A stretch of 42,492 nt of DNA from Candidatus Woesearchaeota archaeon (GCA_018658955.1 JABIPM010000012.1:1-42492); one strand, 5' to 3'. Counted from the stretch's first letter, positions 1 to 8,628 are shown. The notes: generated by a model from the letters alone, not told the origin. Program-made: numbers and translations.

Positions 1-420
1 AAAGTTCCAATTTTTTGTCCAGCAATAACTGACGGATCAATGGGGTTTCAACTTTACATGTTTCAGCAAGACAATCCAGAGTTCATAGTTGATGTTGTAA
101 AAGATTTCTCAAATATCTTATTTAGTGTATCTCAAGATGATAAAAAAGGAATTATTTCTTTAGGTGGAAGTATCTCAAAACACCATGCAATTTTAGCAGG
201 GGTTTTAAATGGTGGAATGGATTATGCAATTTATATGACGACAGCAAGACCAACTTCCGGAAGTATGAGTGGGGCAACAACCAACGAAGCAAAATCGTGG
301 GGTAAGGTAAAAGATGATTCTGACGTAGTTACAGTAGTTGGAGACGTTACAATTAACTTTCCTTTAATGATGACTGCAGCACTAGAAAAACTCTCTAGGG
401 AGGGATTAATCGATGAGTAG
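1..420 (+). CDS. dys: deoxyhypusine synthase, C-terminal part (5' end outside window)
   Basis: The frame is open from nt 1 (KVPIFCPAITDGS precedes the listed Met at 40). Motifs PAITDGSxG, LGGSISKHH and NEAKSWGK match the DHS family. The stop (418-420) overlaps the next start (413). Confidence 0.85.
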   Translation, partial: KVPIFCPAITDGSMGFQLYMFQQDNPEFIVDVVKDFSNILFSVSQDDKKGIISLGGSISKHHAILAGVLNGGMDYAIYMTTARPTSGSMSGATTNEAKSWGKVKDDSDVVTVVGDVTINFPLMMTAALEKLSREGLIDE

Positions 421-1441
421 GGCTAAATTTATCTTAAACAAGAGTAAAGTAATTGAACAGTTAAACAAAACATATGAATTAACAGATATAGTGTCTTATT
501 TTTTGAAAACAAACTATGAAGTTGGAAAAATATTGGAAAAAGAATCTAAGTGTCAATTTAGCGTACATTCTATGAAAGTTGCACACGAAATAGAGTCTCC
601 AGAAAGAATTTGGTTTTTTGCTCAAGCATGGAATAAAGAAGAATTAAAAAATTTACTAAAGAGAGAAATAACCTCATTTGTAGTAGATAATGAAAAAGAT
701 CTACAAGTTTTACTAGAAAACACAACTACCAAAGTAAATCTACTTCTAAGGATGAAATTACAAGAAAATACTGTTCATACAGGAAAACATTTCGTATTTG
801 GATTTTCTTCAAAAAGAGCAAATGAATTAATCGGCGAATTATCCACTCACAGAAAAATAAACAAGATAGGAATTCATTTTCACAGAAAGACGCAGAATGT
901 AAGTGAATGGGGAATAAAAGAAGAATTACAAGACTCATTAACACAAGAAACATTAGATCAAATAAGTTTCGTAAACATTGGGGGAGGACTTCCAAGCATT
1001 TACAAAAATTATAAATTAGAAGCATTAGATTCAATTTTTACAAAAATAAAAGAAGTAAAGGAATGGCTTAATCAAAACGAAGTAAAAATGATTATTGAAC
1101 CAGGAAGATTCATTGCTGCACCTTCAATAAAGTTAGAAACAAGTGTAAAAAATGTTTATAATGGAAATGTTATCGTTAATGCATCAGTATATAATTCTGC
1201 AATGGATACATTCATAGCAAATATCCGATTAAATGTAGCAGGAGAAACGACAGCAGAAGAAGGAAGACCATTCACAATTAAAGGAATAACTCCAGATTCC
1301 TTAGATATTTTTAGATATAGGGTATTTTTATCAAAAAAACCAAAGATTGGGGATCAGATAATCTTCCTAAATGCCGGAGCCTATAACTTTTCAACAGATT
1401 TTTGTAAATTGCCTAAAATACCTACAGAGGTAGTAGAATGA
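413..1441 (+). CDS. PLP-dependent fold-III decarboxylase (Orn/Arg/DAP decarboxylase family), short and atypical
   Basis: PLP-Lys context YFLKTNY, IGIHFHRKTQ, NIGGGLP, EPGRFIAAPS and GDQIIFLNAGAYN align with ODC/ADC motifs. The usual GPTCD cysteine reads GITPD here. ATGA overlap with the agmatinase start. Confidence 0.72.
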   Translation: MSRAKFILNKSKVIEQLNKTYELTDIVSYFLKTNYEVGKILEKESKCQFSVHSMKVAHEIESPERIWFFAQAWNKEELKNLLKREITSFVVDNEKDLQVLLENTTTKVNLLLRMKLQENTVHTGKHFVFGFSSKRANELIGELSTHRKINKIGIHFHRKTQNVSEWGIKEELQDSLTQETLDQISFVNIGGGLPSIYKNYKLEALDSIFTKIKEVKEWLNQNEVKMIIEPGRFIAAPSIKLETSVKNVYNGNVIVNASVYNSAMDTFIANIRLNVAGETTAEEGRPFTIKGITPDSLDIFRYRVFLSKKPKIGDQIIFLNAGAYNFSTDFCKLPKIPTEVVE

Positions 1442-2277
1442 ATTGGATGGATCTTCCAGAAGAATATACTAAAGAAAATTCTTATTTCAAAATTCTTCCA
1501 ATCTCATATGAACAAGCAACAACCTATGGGGATGGAGCTTCAAAAGGGCCAGAAGAAATAATTAAAGCATCTAAACACTTAGAATATTACGAAGATCAAT
1601 TCAATAATGAACCTTTCACAAAAGGAATACACATATTACCTGAATTAAAATTAAATTCAACACCAGAAGACATGGTTAAACAAGTATCAGAAACTGTTTC
1701 AAATCAAAAAGGATTTTTAGTTTCATTGGGTGGGGATCATGCAATAACCATTGGAACAGTTAAGGGTTTAGAAGAAGATTTTTCAGTAATAGTATTTGAT
1801 GCACATTCAGATTTTAGAAATGAATGGAACGGTTCAAAATTAAACCATGCATGCGTATCAAAACAAATTTCAAAAAACCATGATTTAGCATTAATTGGAA
1901 TTCGTTCTCAAGATATAGAAGAACATAATGAAATAACTAATAATTCCAACATCCACCAACTAAAATCATATGATTTTTCAGTTGAAAAATTAAAAGAACT
2001 GCTCCCTAAATTAAAAGAAAAAGTTTACATTTCAATAGATGTTGACGTATTTGATCCTCCATTTTTAAAAAATACTGGAACTCCTGAACCAGGAGGATTG
2101 CAATGGGACCAAATAATTAATTCATTAGAAGAAATATTCAAACAAAAAGAGGTAATTGGGGCAGATATAGTAGAATTTGCACCAAAAGAAAACTTCAGAA
2201 CAGAAGCATATTCTTTAGCAAGATTAGTTTACAAAATATTTTCACTCAAACTCAAAAATATCCTTAATAGGTCTTAA
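1438..2277 (+). CDS. speB: agmatinase / ureohydrolase family
   Basis: Arginase-fold Mn-binding motifs GGDHAITIG, DAHSDF, SIDVDVFDP, and the GADIVEFAP region. Confidence 0.85.
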   Translation: MNWMDLPEEYTKENSYFKILPISYEQATTYGDGASKGPEEIIKASKHLEYYEDQFNNEPFTKGIHILPELKLNSTPEDMVKQVSETVSNQKGFLVSLGGDHAITIGTVKGLEEDFSVIVFDAHSDFRNEWNGSKLNHACVSKQISKNHDLALIGIRSQDIEEHNEITNNSNIHQLKSYDFSVEKLKELLPKLKEKVYISIDVDVFDPPFLKNTGTPEPGGLQWDQIINSLEEIFKQKEVIGADIVEFAPKENFRTEAYSLARLVYKIFSLKLKNILNRS

Positions 2278-2697
2278 AATTTTATTATTTGCAGTAGTTA
2301 GATATTTTCCTTCTTTTAACAACCATAATCTACTACCAATTAAACTTTCAAGAGTCTCGAGATTCTCCATAGTACGATAATTCGTAGATTCATCCCTCAT
2401 AAATTCTTCGATAGAGATGCCATATCTTCCATTAATTAATTGAAATATATCTTCTTGAAAATCTTTAGTAAAATCTATTTCTTTAGGAATAAACCCAATA
2501 ACATTATACCATTTTTCTTCATAATTTCTCCCATTATGAAATCTTCTCCAGTGGTTATGGTATTTAGAGGGGTTAAATCTGTTTGCACCCAATTTTAATG
2601 GGATTTTAAATGCCCCATATTCATCTGGAGATTCACAATACTCCATATAGTATTTTTCATCCTTATCTGTAATTAATCCATATCTCTTAAAACTCAT
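2242..2697 (-). CDS. hypothetical protein
   Basis: 151-aa ORF filling an otherwise empty interval. No motif recognised. Its 3' end overlaps the agmatinase 3' end by 36 nt (convergent). Confidence 0.45.
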   Translation of the reverse strand: MSFKRYGLITDKDEKYYMEYCESPDEYGAFKIPLKLGANRFNPSKYHNHWRRFHNGRNYEEKWYNVIGFIPKEIDFTKDFQEDIFQLINGRYGISIEEFMRDESTNYRTMENLETLESLIGSRLWLLKEGKYLTTANNKILRPIKDIFEFE

Positions 2698-2758
2698 TTA
2701 AACTACCAATTAAAATATAATCCATAAGCTTATAATATTATTTAGAGACTTCAAAATA

Positions 2759-2968
2759 ATGGTTAAAATCAATGTTTACATAGAACGAGACGATGTAACA
2801 AAACAGGTAGAGATTTCTAAAAAAACAACAATCAAAGATATTCTAATTCAATTAAACATAAATCCAGTTACAGTAATTGTAACTAAAAACGATGAATTGT
2901 GTGATGAATCAGAAGAAATTAACTCAAAAGATAAACTAAAGATTATTTCAGTAGTTTCTGGCGGATAA
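2759..2968 (+). CDS. ThiS/MoaD/TtuB-like ubiquitin-fold sulfur-carrier protein (C-terminal Gly-Gly)
   Basis: 69 aa ending in VVSGG immediately before the stop. The pattern is beta-grasp-like. It lies 1 nt upstream of a tRNA-thiolation PP-loop ATPase gene. Confidence 0.62.
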   Translation: MVKINVYIERDDVTKQVEISKKTTIKDILIQLNINPVTVIVTKNDELCDESEEINSKDKLKIISVVSGG

Positions 2969-2969
2969 A

Positions 2970-3869
2970 ATGAAAAAAATAATTTACAGCGATCAAAGTG
3001 GAAAAAGTTATACTAAATCCGAATTTATTAGATATTTTGAAGCAAAGGTTTTCAGAACTATTAGAAAGTACGGCATGTTTGATAAAGGCGATAAAATAGT
3101 TGTTGCAATGTCTGGAGGTAAAGATTCGGTAGCAACAGCACATATTCTAAATCAAATAATTTCGAAAAGAGGAGAACAATTAGAGGCATTATTAATTGAT
3201 GAAGGAATACCTGGTTACAGAGACATTACAATAAAAGATGCCAAAAAATTCTGTAAAGATGAAGGGATTAAATTAACAATTGCAAGTCCAAAAAAAGAAT
3301 TTAAATTTACTTTAACTCAAGCATTAAACAAATTATCAAAAAACCCTTGTAATATGTGCGGAACACTTAGAAGATACCTTCTAAATTTATATGCTAAAAA
3401 ACTAAATGCGACGAAAGTAGCAACAGGCCATAACTTAGATGACGAAGCACAAACAGTTCTAATGAATCAATACAAGGGAAATGTTCAACTTTCTGCTAAA
3501 TTGGGGCCAGTAACGGGGGTAACTGAACATAAAAAATTCATAAGAAGAATTAAACCGCTGTATTTTATGACTGAAAAAGAAGTTGCAATTTACACAACTC
3601 TAAAGGGATTTCAAGTAATTTATACTGAATGCCCAAAAGCAAGAGACTCATTTAGATCAACAGTGAGGGATCAAATTAATGATTTAGAAAATAACTATCC
3701 AGGCATAAAAAATGGCATAATCAACTCATTTCTAGAAATGTTACCCAGATTAAGAAAAGAATTGGCTCCCAAAAGCAAGATTAGAGAATGTGAATCCTGC
3801 CAAGAACCTGCAGCTAAGAAAATATGCAGCATGTGTGAATTATTAGGCGAATATAGGCAAGCCAAATAG
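2970..3869 (+). CDS. TtuA/NcsA-family tRNA 2-thiolation PP-loop ATPase
   Basis: PP-loop VAMSGGKDS, central CNMCG plus a later ECP cysteine (Fe-S ligand pattern), GHNLDDEAQT, and a C-terminal CESC..x..CSMC zinc finger. Confidence 0.8.
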   Translation: MKKIIYSDQSGKSYTKSEFIRYFEAKVFRTIRKYGMFDKGDKIVVAMSGGKDSVATAHILNQIISKRGEQLEALLIDEGIPGYRDITIKDAKKFCKDEGIKLTIASPKKEFKFTLTQALNKLSKNPCNMCGTLRRYLLNLYAKKLNATKVATGHNLDDEAQTVLMNQYKGNVQLSAKLGPVTGVTEHKKFIRRIKPLYFMTEKEVAIYTTLKGFQVIYTECPKARDSFRSTVRDQINDLENNYPGIKNGIINSFLEMLPRLRKELAPKSKIRECESCQEPAAKKICSMCELLGEYRQAK

Positions 3870-3877
3870 GTAATAAT

Positions 3878-3890
3878 AACCTTTAAAACC
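3878..3890 (+). promoter_or_regulatory. TATA/BRE-like box (aacctttaaaacc) about 22 nt upstream of ATG 3913
   Basis: It matches the recurring aaCCTTTAwAA-type box seen upstream of several first-in-operon genes in this window. The spacing implies a leaderless or very short-leader mRNA. Confidence 0.4.
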
Positions 3891-3912
3891 TATTAAAATT
3901 CAAAATTTCACC

Positions 3913-4287
3913 ATGAAATTAGAAAATTTATTAGATAGAAAAGCCGAATTATCTAAATATTATGAATTAGGGTTAAAATTTGAAGACCATGAAAGAGGGC
4001 CAATAAATTCTCTTATTAAAGATTTTAACAAATCAATCAAAGAAGAAATAAACATAATTACTCTGTATGAACAAACAGTGAACGATAATCAAGAATTAAT
4101 TTCATTATTAGAAAGACAACATGAAACATTAAGAGATTTAGATGATATTTCCGAAAACCTAGGATATATTCATAGCAAAGAAAGGAATATTGAAAATAGA
4201 TTAAGAAAAGTGTTATGTCCAAAATCAGATACACATAGATTAATGTTTGATTTCTATGACAAATTAAGTAAAAAATATGGGAATTAA
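3913..4287 (+). CDS. hypothetical protein (helical, charged)
   Basis: 124-aa ORF with an upstream TATA-like box. It overlaps the downstream methyltransferase by 11 nt. Confidence 0.5.
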   Translation: MKLENLLDRKAELSKYYELGLKFEDHERGPINSLIKDFNKSIKEEINIITLYEQTVNDNQELISLLERQHETLRDLDDISENLGYIHSKERNIENRLRKVLCPKSDTHRLMFDFYDKLSKKYGN

Positions 4288-4783
4288 CATGGATGATTAT
4301 TACAACGAAATTGCGTTAACTTATAATGAACTTCATGGTGAAGAACAAAAGAAAAAAGCAAACATAATTCTAAAAGAACTGTTAAAACAAAAGAAATCAG
4401 GAAGGCTATTAGATATTGGTGGAGGAACAGGAATTGCAACAGAGTTATTCATTGAGCACTATGATTGTATTCTTATTGATCCTTCAGAAAGACTTCTTGA
4501 TGTGGGTTCATATAAAATGGAAAAAATACTTGCAGAAGCAGAACAATTACCCTTTGCAGAAAGTAAATTTGACATTATAATTTCATTAACTGCGTTACAC
4601 CACACAGAATTAGAAAAAGCACTGTCTGAATTAAAGAGAGTTGCAAAATCAGATGCATTAGTTGCAATTTCTTTTCTAAAGAAATCAGTAAAGCTAGAAA
4701 AATTTAGAGAATTATTCAAGAAAGATTTCCCGAAAACAAGAGAAATCGAAGAAGACAAAGATATTCTGTTCTTTAATTTCTAA
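4277..4783 (+). CDS. class I SAM-dependent methyltransferase
   Basis: Motif I LLDIGGGTG, acidic motif II (LIDPS), and the FDIIISLTALHH post-II pattern. Confidence 0.75.
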   Translation: MGINMDDYYNEIALTYNELHGEEQKKKANIILKELLKQKKSGRLLDIGGGTGIATELFIEHYDCILIDPSERLLDVGSYKMEKILAEAEQLPFAESKFDIIISLTALHHTELEKALSELKRVAKSDALVAISFLKKSVKLEKFRELFKKDFPKTREIEEDKDILFFNF

Positions 4784-4797
4784 AAACCTTTATATAG
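4783..4797 (+). promoter_or_regulatory. TATA/BRE-like box (aaaacctttatatag) with no ORF at the expected distance
   Basis: Same consensus as the other boxes, but the next plus-strand ATG ORF starts 184 nt downstream (4981). Confidence 0.3.
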
Positions 4798-4980
4798 TAA
4801 AATTAATTAAGAACATACATTAGGGTGATTAGTCGGCATCTTCTAAGCAGCCTTCATCACTAATTTCAGATGAATCTCCTTTGAAATTCCTTAACCATCT
4901 AGACACAATGTTTTCATTTGGCATACGGAAACTTTCCGGATTAGAATACTTAAAAGTATGCAATATACAGTATATACAAC

Positions 4981-6765
4981 ATGAAAAGATACAAACGAGA
5001 AGAAATTGATTTTAAATACAACCTAGGGATTTACTGGAGTATTTTGAAAAAGCATAAGCCGGTTATGTTTATTTTACTACTTCTAGTTCTATTCGTTGAA
5101 GCTAGTCACACTCTAACAAAATTTCTTTTCAAAGTATTAGTAGATAAGGGTGAATTATTAGTCAAATCAGAAATAACTAAAGACTATTTTGTTGGCATAC
5201 TTTTGATATTATTAAGTGTGTATTTGCTTTTAGTATTTTTAAGATCCATTTCTAATTGGTGGGACCATTATTTGTTAGCAAAATTGGATGGAGAATTAAT
5301 TTATGACATTAAAGAGAAATATTTTAACCACCTAGTAAATCTTTCACATAATTTTCATACTTCTAACAAAACAGGGTCAATAATTGCGAGATTAACTCGT
5401 GGAGGTAGGGCAATTGAATCTATGACTGACATAATTGTGTTTAATTTTTCTCCACTAATTTTTCAAACCTTGGTAGTTGGAGGTTCATTATTTTATATCG
5501 GTTGGATCCCTGCAGTTTCAGCAATGTCCACCATAGTTCTCTTCATAGGATTCAGCCTATATCTTCAATCTAAAACAAAAGACAAAAAGATGAATGCAAA
5601 TAATCAAGATGATTTTGAAAAAGGAATTATCGCAGACATTTTCACAAATATTGATTCTATTAAGTATTTTGGAAAAGAAAAAGCAATTATGAAGAAGTTT
5701 GCTAAAATTTCCAAAGATACAAAAACAAGACTAATTCTTCACTGGAATAGTTATAACTGGTTATCTGCCGGGCAAAGTTTTATTTTAGGATTGGGATCAC
5801 TAATCACAGTATTCTTCCCAATGGTTGAATTTGCAAATGGAAACCTCTCTTTGGGGCAGATTGTGTTTGTTTGGACAATTTATGGAAATTTGATAGGTCC
5901 TATGTTCTCTTTTGTACATGGAATCAAAGGGTACTACAAAATTATGGGGGATTTTGAATCATTGTTTAGATATGGTAAAGAAGAAAATGAAATCAAAGAA
6001 CCATCAAATGCTAAAAAATTAAAAATTAAAAAAGGAACAATAAACTTTGAAGATTTATCATTTAAATATCATAAAAGAAGAATATTCTCAAATTTCAATC
6101 TAGAAATAAAGAAAAATGAAAAAGTTGCATTTGTAGGTCATTCTGGATGTGGTAAGTCAACACTAATTAAATTACTTTACCGACTACATAATCTAGAAAG
6201 AGGAAGAATACTAATCGATAATAAAGATATCAGAGAGTTCAAACAAGATTCATTAAGATCGGAACTAAGCATTGTCCCTCAAGAATGTGTGTTGTTTGAT
6301 GATACTATTTACAACAACATTAAATTTTCAAATCCAAAAGCAACTAATCAAGAAGTTTGGAAAGCAATTAGATTCGCACAATTACACAAAGTAATTCAAA
6401 GTTTCCCAGAAAAAGAAAAAACTGTAGTGGGGGAGCGCGGAGTTAAATTATCTGGCGGAGAAAAACAAAGAGTTTCGATAGCAAGAGCAGTTTTAGCAAA
6501 TAAGAAAATTTTAGTTTTAGATGAAGCAACGTCTGCATTAGATTCAGAAACCGAACATGAAATTCAAAAAGATCTTGAAAAGTTAATGAAGGGGAGAACT
6601 AGCATAATAATCGCCCATAGATTATCAACAATTATGCATTCAGATAAGATTGTTGTAATGAAAAAAGGAAAGATAGTTCAAATGGGTACGCACAGACAGT
6701 TAATTAAAAAACCAGGGGAATACAAGAAACTTTGGAACCTTCAAAAAGGTGGATATATTAAATAA
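4981..6765 (+). CDS. ABC transporter, fused permease/ATPase (MsbA/MdlB-type exporter)
   Basis: N-terminal multi-TM region, Walker A GHSGCGKST, signature LSGGEKQR, Walker B ILVLDEATSALD, H-loop IIIAHRLST. Confidence 0.92.
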   Translation: MKRYKREEIDFKYNLGIYWSILKKHKPVMFILLLLVLFVEASHTLTKFLFKVLVDKGELLVKSEITKDYFVGILLILLSVYLLLVFLRSISNWWDHYLLAKLDGELIYDIKEKYFNHLVNLSHNFHTSNKTGSIIARLTRGGRAIESMTDIIVFNFSPLIFQTLVVGGSLFYIGWIPAVSAMSTIVLFIGFSLYLQSKTKDKKMNANNQDDFEKGIIADIFTNIDSIKYFGKEKAIMKKFAKISKDTKTRLILHWNSYNWLSAGQSFILGLGSLITVFFPMVEFANGNLSLGQIVFVWTIYGNLIGPMFSFVHGIKGYYKIMGDFESLFRYGKEENEIKEPSNAKKLKIKKGTINFEDLSFKYHKRRIFSNFNLEIKKNEKVAFVGHSGCGKSTLIKLLYRLHNLERGRILIDNKDIREFKQDSLRSELSIVPQECVLFDDTIYNNIKFSNPKATNQEVWKAIRFAQLHKVIQSFPEKEKTVVGERGVKLSGGEKQRVSIARAVLANKKILVLDEATSALDSETEHEIQKDLEKLMKGRTSIIIAHRLSTIMHSDKIVVMKKGKIVQMGTHRQLIKKPGEYKKLWNLQKGGYIK

Positions 6766-6797
6766 ATATTTAAAAACAAACAAAATAAAAAAATAAT

Positions 6798-7655
6798 ATG
6801 GGAATTTTTGATAAAGTTTTTAAATTATTTGAAAAGCACGAAGGCCATAAAGAACTTATAGAAACTTTTTCCGAATTAAATTCTATTGCATCTACCTTGA
6901 AGGAAGAATTAAAATCATTAATAGAGATGCAAAAAACAATAGTAAAATCCAGAATGGCTCGTGCAGAAAATGGACAACTTGTGGGCCCTACTGGCAACAT
7001 AGGATTGCAAAAAACATTGCTGATCAATGAAGAAGGTTCATTAAAACAGTATGATTTAATGACTAGATTAGGAGTATTAGAATCTGCTGCAGAAAAAAGT
7101 TTTGAAAAATCATTAGGAGAAAATGTTCAAACAGGCCCAATAACCCTTATAGATAAATGGGTGTTAAATGAAACTAAAATATTTTTACACAACATCAAAA
7201 AATTAATTCCTTCAATAGATGAATTGAGAAAAGAAACCAATGAACGAGAAAAATTAGCAAAAGTAGAATCTGTTCTTATAGAAATTGTAAAAATTTCTAA
7301 GGATTATCATAAAATAGTAGAAAGAGAAATAGATTTGATAAAAAGTATTGAGGAACATACTATTAGTCCATTATTAAAAAGAATTTTTTCTGCACCTCTA
7401 ACGAAAATCAATGGTGAAGAAATACGTTTATTCAAAATTACTCATAAAGAATTGGACTCATTAAATGAAGAGTCTGTAAAGATAAATCAATGTGAGGATC
7501 CAAATTATAGTGTAGAATGGAGAAGGTGGCATAGGGACGAAAGAGTCCTTGAAGTAGATAAAAAAACAACAATGGGAGATACACCCCACATAAATGTTAC
7601 AATTGGACTATTTGGTCAAAAGAAAAAGAACATCCATTTGGAGATGGTTGCCTAA
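6798..7655 (+). CDS. hypothetical protein (coiled-coil rich)
   Basis: 285-aa ORF with no recognisable motif. It converges on the RtcB-like gene with a 4-nt overlap. Confidence 0.5.
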   Translation: MGIFDKVFKLFEKHEGHKELIETFSELNSIASTLKEELKSLIEMQKTIVKSRMARAENGQLVGPTGNIGLQKTLLINEEGSLKQYDLMTRLGVLESAAEKSFEKSLGENVQTGPITLIDKWVLNETKIFLHNIKKLIPSIDELRKETNEREKLAKVESVLIEIVKISKDYHKIVEREIDLIKSIEEHTISPLLKRIFSAPLTKINGEEIRLFKITHKELDSLNEESVKINQCEDPNYSVEWRRWHRDERVLEVDKKTTMGDTPHINVTIGLFGQKKKNIHLEMVA

Positions 7656-8560
7656 ACTTTTCCAACATAACTTAAAATTTTAGATTCTGCAACAGGCACA
7701 ATGTATTTCCCCAAAGATTCAATAATTTTTTCAAATCCATTAAAGCAACTAGGGTGCTCGGTTCTCAATGAAGAGTCAGATATTCCTTCAGGAATATAAA
7801 TCAAATCCCTTAAAGAATTTGCATCTTCTAAAGAAACTTTTCCTTCCCCTCTTGGTTTAGATCTACCCGTAGCATGAGGCATAGAAGAGTAAGGCGGTAA
7901 ATTTTCTCCGTCTACAGTATAAAATAAAACTTCTTGACCAATACAAGCAGGTAAAAATTGTAATTTATTTGGTTCAACCTTAACTACGCCCTTCCTATAA
8001 ATGATATTTCCATTTTTTTCTGAAGTTTCAACACTATTGTGGGTCCAATTTCCCACAAGTTCTGAATTTGCACCAATGATTTCTGCTAAAGTATGTCCTA
8101 AATCTTCACGAAAAGTTTCTGCAGATTTTTGTTTAGTAATCGCATCTTCAACATTTGTAGGGATGCTGGGATCATATGATTTTCCATCAGAATGAACAAT
8201 TAACAAATTGCTATTGTGTCCAAATGAAACTTCTTGGTAAGGATTTTTCATTTCTGAAACAATATCAATGAAATGATTTCCTCTCCCTAGTATATTTTTA
8301 TTTTTGAGATGGGTGTATATTTTATCTGTTGCTTCTTTGACATCGACCCCATTAATTAGAAAAGCAGCAATACCACAACCAACGTCATTACTCAGGATAT
8401 TAGAATTATATTCATGGTTTTCACCATTAAATGACCAAACTGTACTATTTGGAATACTATTTCTTTTTACTTCTCCGTCTGGAAACCTTACAAGTTCCTC
8501 TAATCCTTCAAAATTAGTAGGATAATAGTGACTAGTTTCAAAACTTTTAATTTTTACCAT
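7652..8560 (-). CDS. RtcB-family RNA 3'-phosphate ligase-like protein, unusually short (302 aa)
   Basis: RtcB-like motif order is NDVGCGIA (cf. DIGCG), GRGNHFIDIV (cf. GSGNHFxE), IVHSDGKS, YRKGVV, MPHATGRS (cf. HGAGR), and C-terminal EHPSCFNGFEKII...YVGKV (cf. EAPxAYK...VKG). Confidence 0.68.
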   Translation of the reverse strand: MVKIKSFETSHYYPTNFEGLEELVRFPDGEVKRNSIPNSTVWSFNGENHEYNSNILSNDVGCGIAAFLINGVDVKEATDKIYTHLKNKNILGRGNHFIDIVSEMKNPYQEVSFGHNSNLLIVHSDGKSYDPSIPTNVEDAITKQKSAETFREDLGHTLAEIIGANSELVGNWTHNSVETSEKNGNIIYRKGVVKVEPNKLQFLPACIGQEVLFYTVDGENLPPYSSMPHATGRSKPRGEGKVSLEDANSLRDLIYIPEGISDSSLRTEHPSCFNGFEKIIESLGKYIVPVAESKILSYVGKV

Positions 8561-8628
8561 CAGATATCTAATAAATCCAATTTCATTTATAAATCTTTCT
8601 ATTAGTTACTACCGTCCAGTAACAAGAA

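Noticed and set aside
726-1034. Antisense or alternative-frame ORFs from the six-frame track that lie inside stronger genes. This one and, likewise, 2943-3143, 4459-4758, 6770-7027, 8001-8195, 8304-8525, 10508-10756, 11113-11415, 12597-12968, 13734-14012, 13792-14016, 14575-14775, 14628-14822, 16080-16295, 16458-16646, 17190-17447, 17488-17679, 17652-18017, 18094-18351, 19366-19611, 19651-19833, 24635-24958, 28076-28339, 29669-29860, 31323-31511, 31956-32147, 32227-32622, 32829-33020, 33457-33699, 35281-35496, 38774-39001, 39741-39938, 41101-41298.
   Set aside because: Each is fully embedded opposite or out of frame to an ORF with clear family motifs. Their translations are low-complexity Leu/Phe/Ser/Ile-rich strings, typical of antisense reading of AT-rich coding DNA, and they carry no recognisable motifs.
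2242-2277. The 36-nt convergent overlap of the agmatinase and the 151-aa ORF, considered as evidence that one of them is spurious.
   Set aside because: Both frames are long and uninterrupted. The agmatinase motifs end well before the overlap, and convergent overlaps occur elsewhere in this compact window (7652-7655, 25909-25919, 34962-34965). I kept both but lowered the hypothetical ORF's confidence.
4840-4875. Possible C/D-box sRNA. The minus strand contains GUGAUGA (C-box-like) within the 4784-4980 spacer.
   Set aside because: There is no CUGA D box at the expected 3' distance, and no C'/D' pair or terminal stem. The only CUGA lies upstream of the C-like box.
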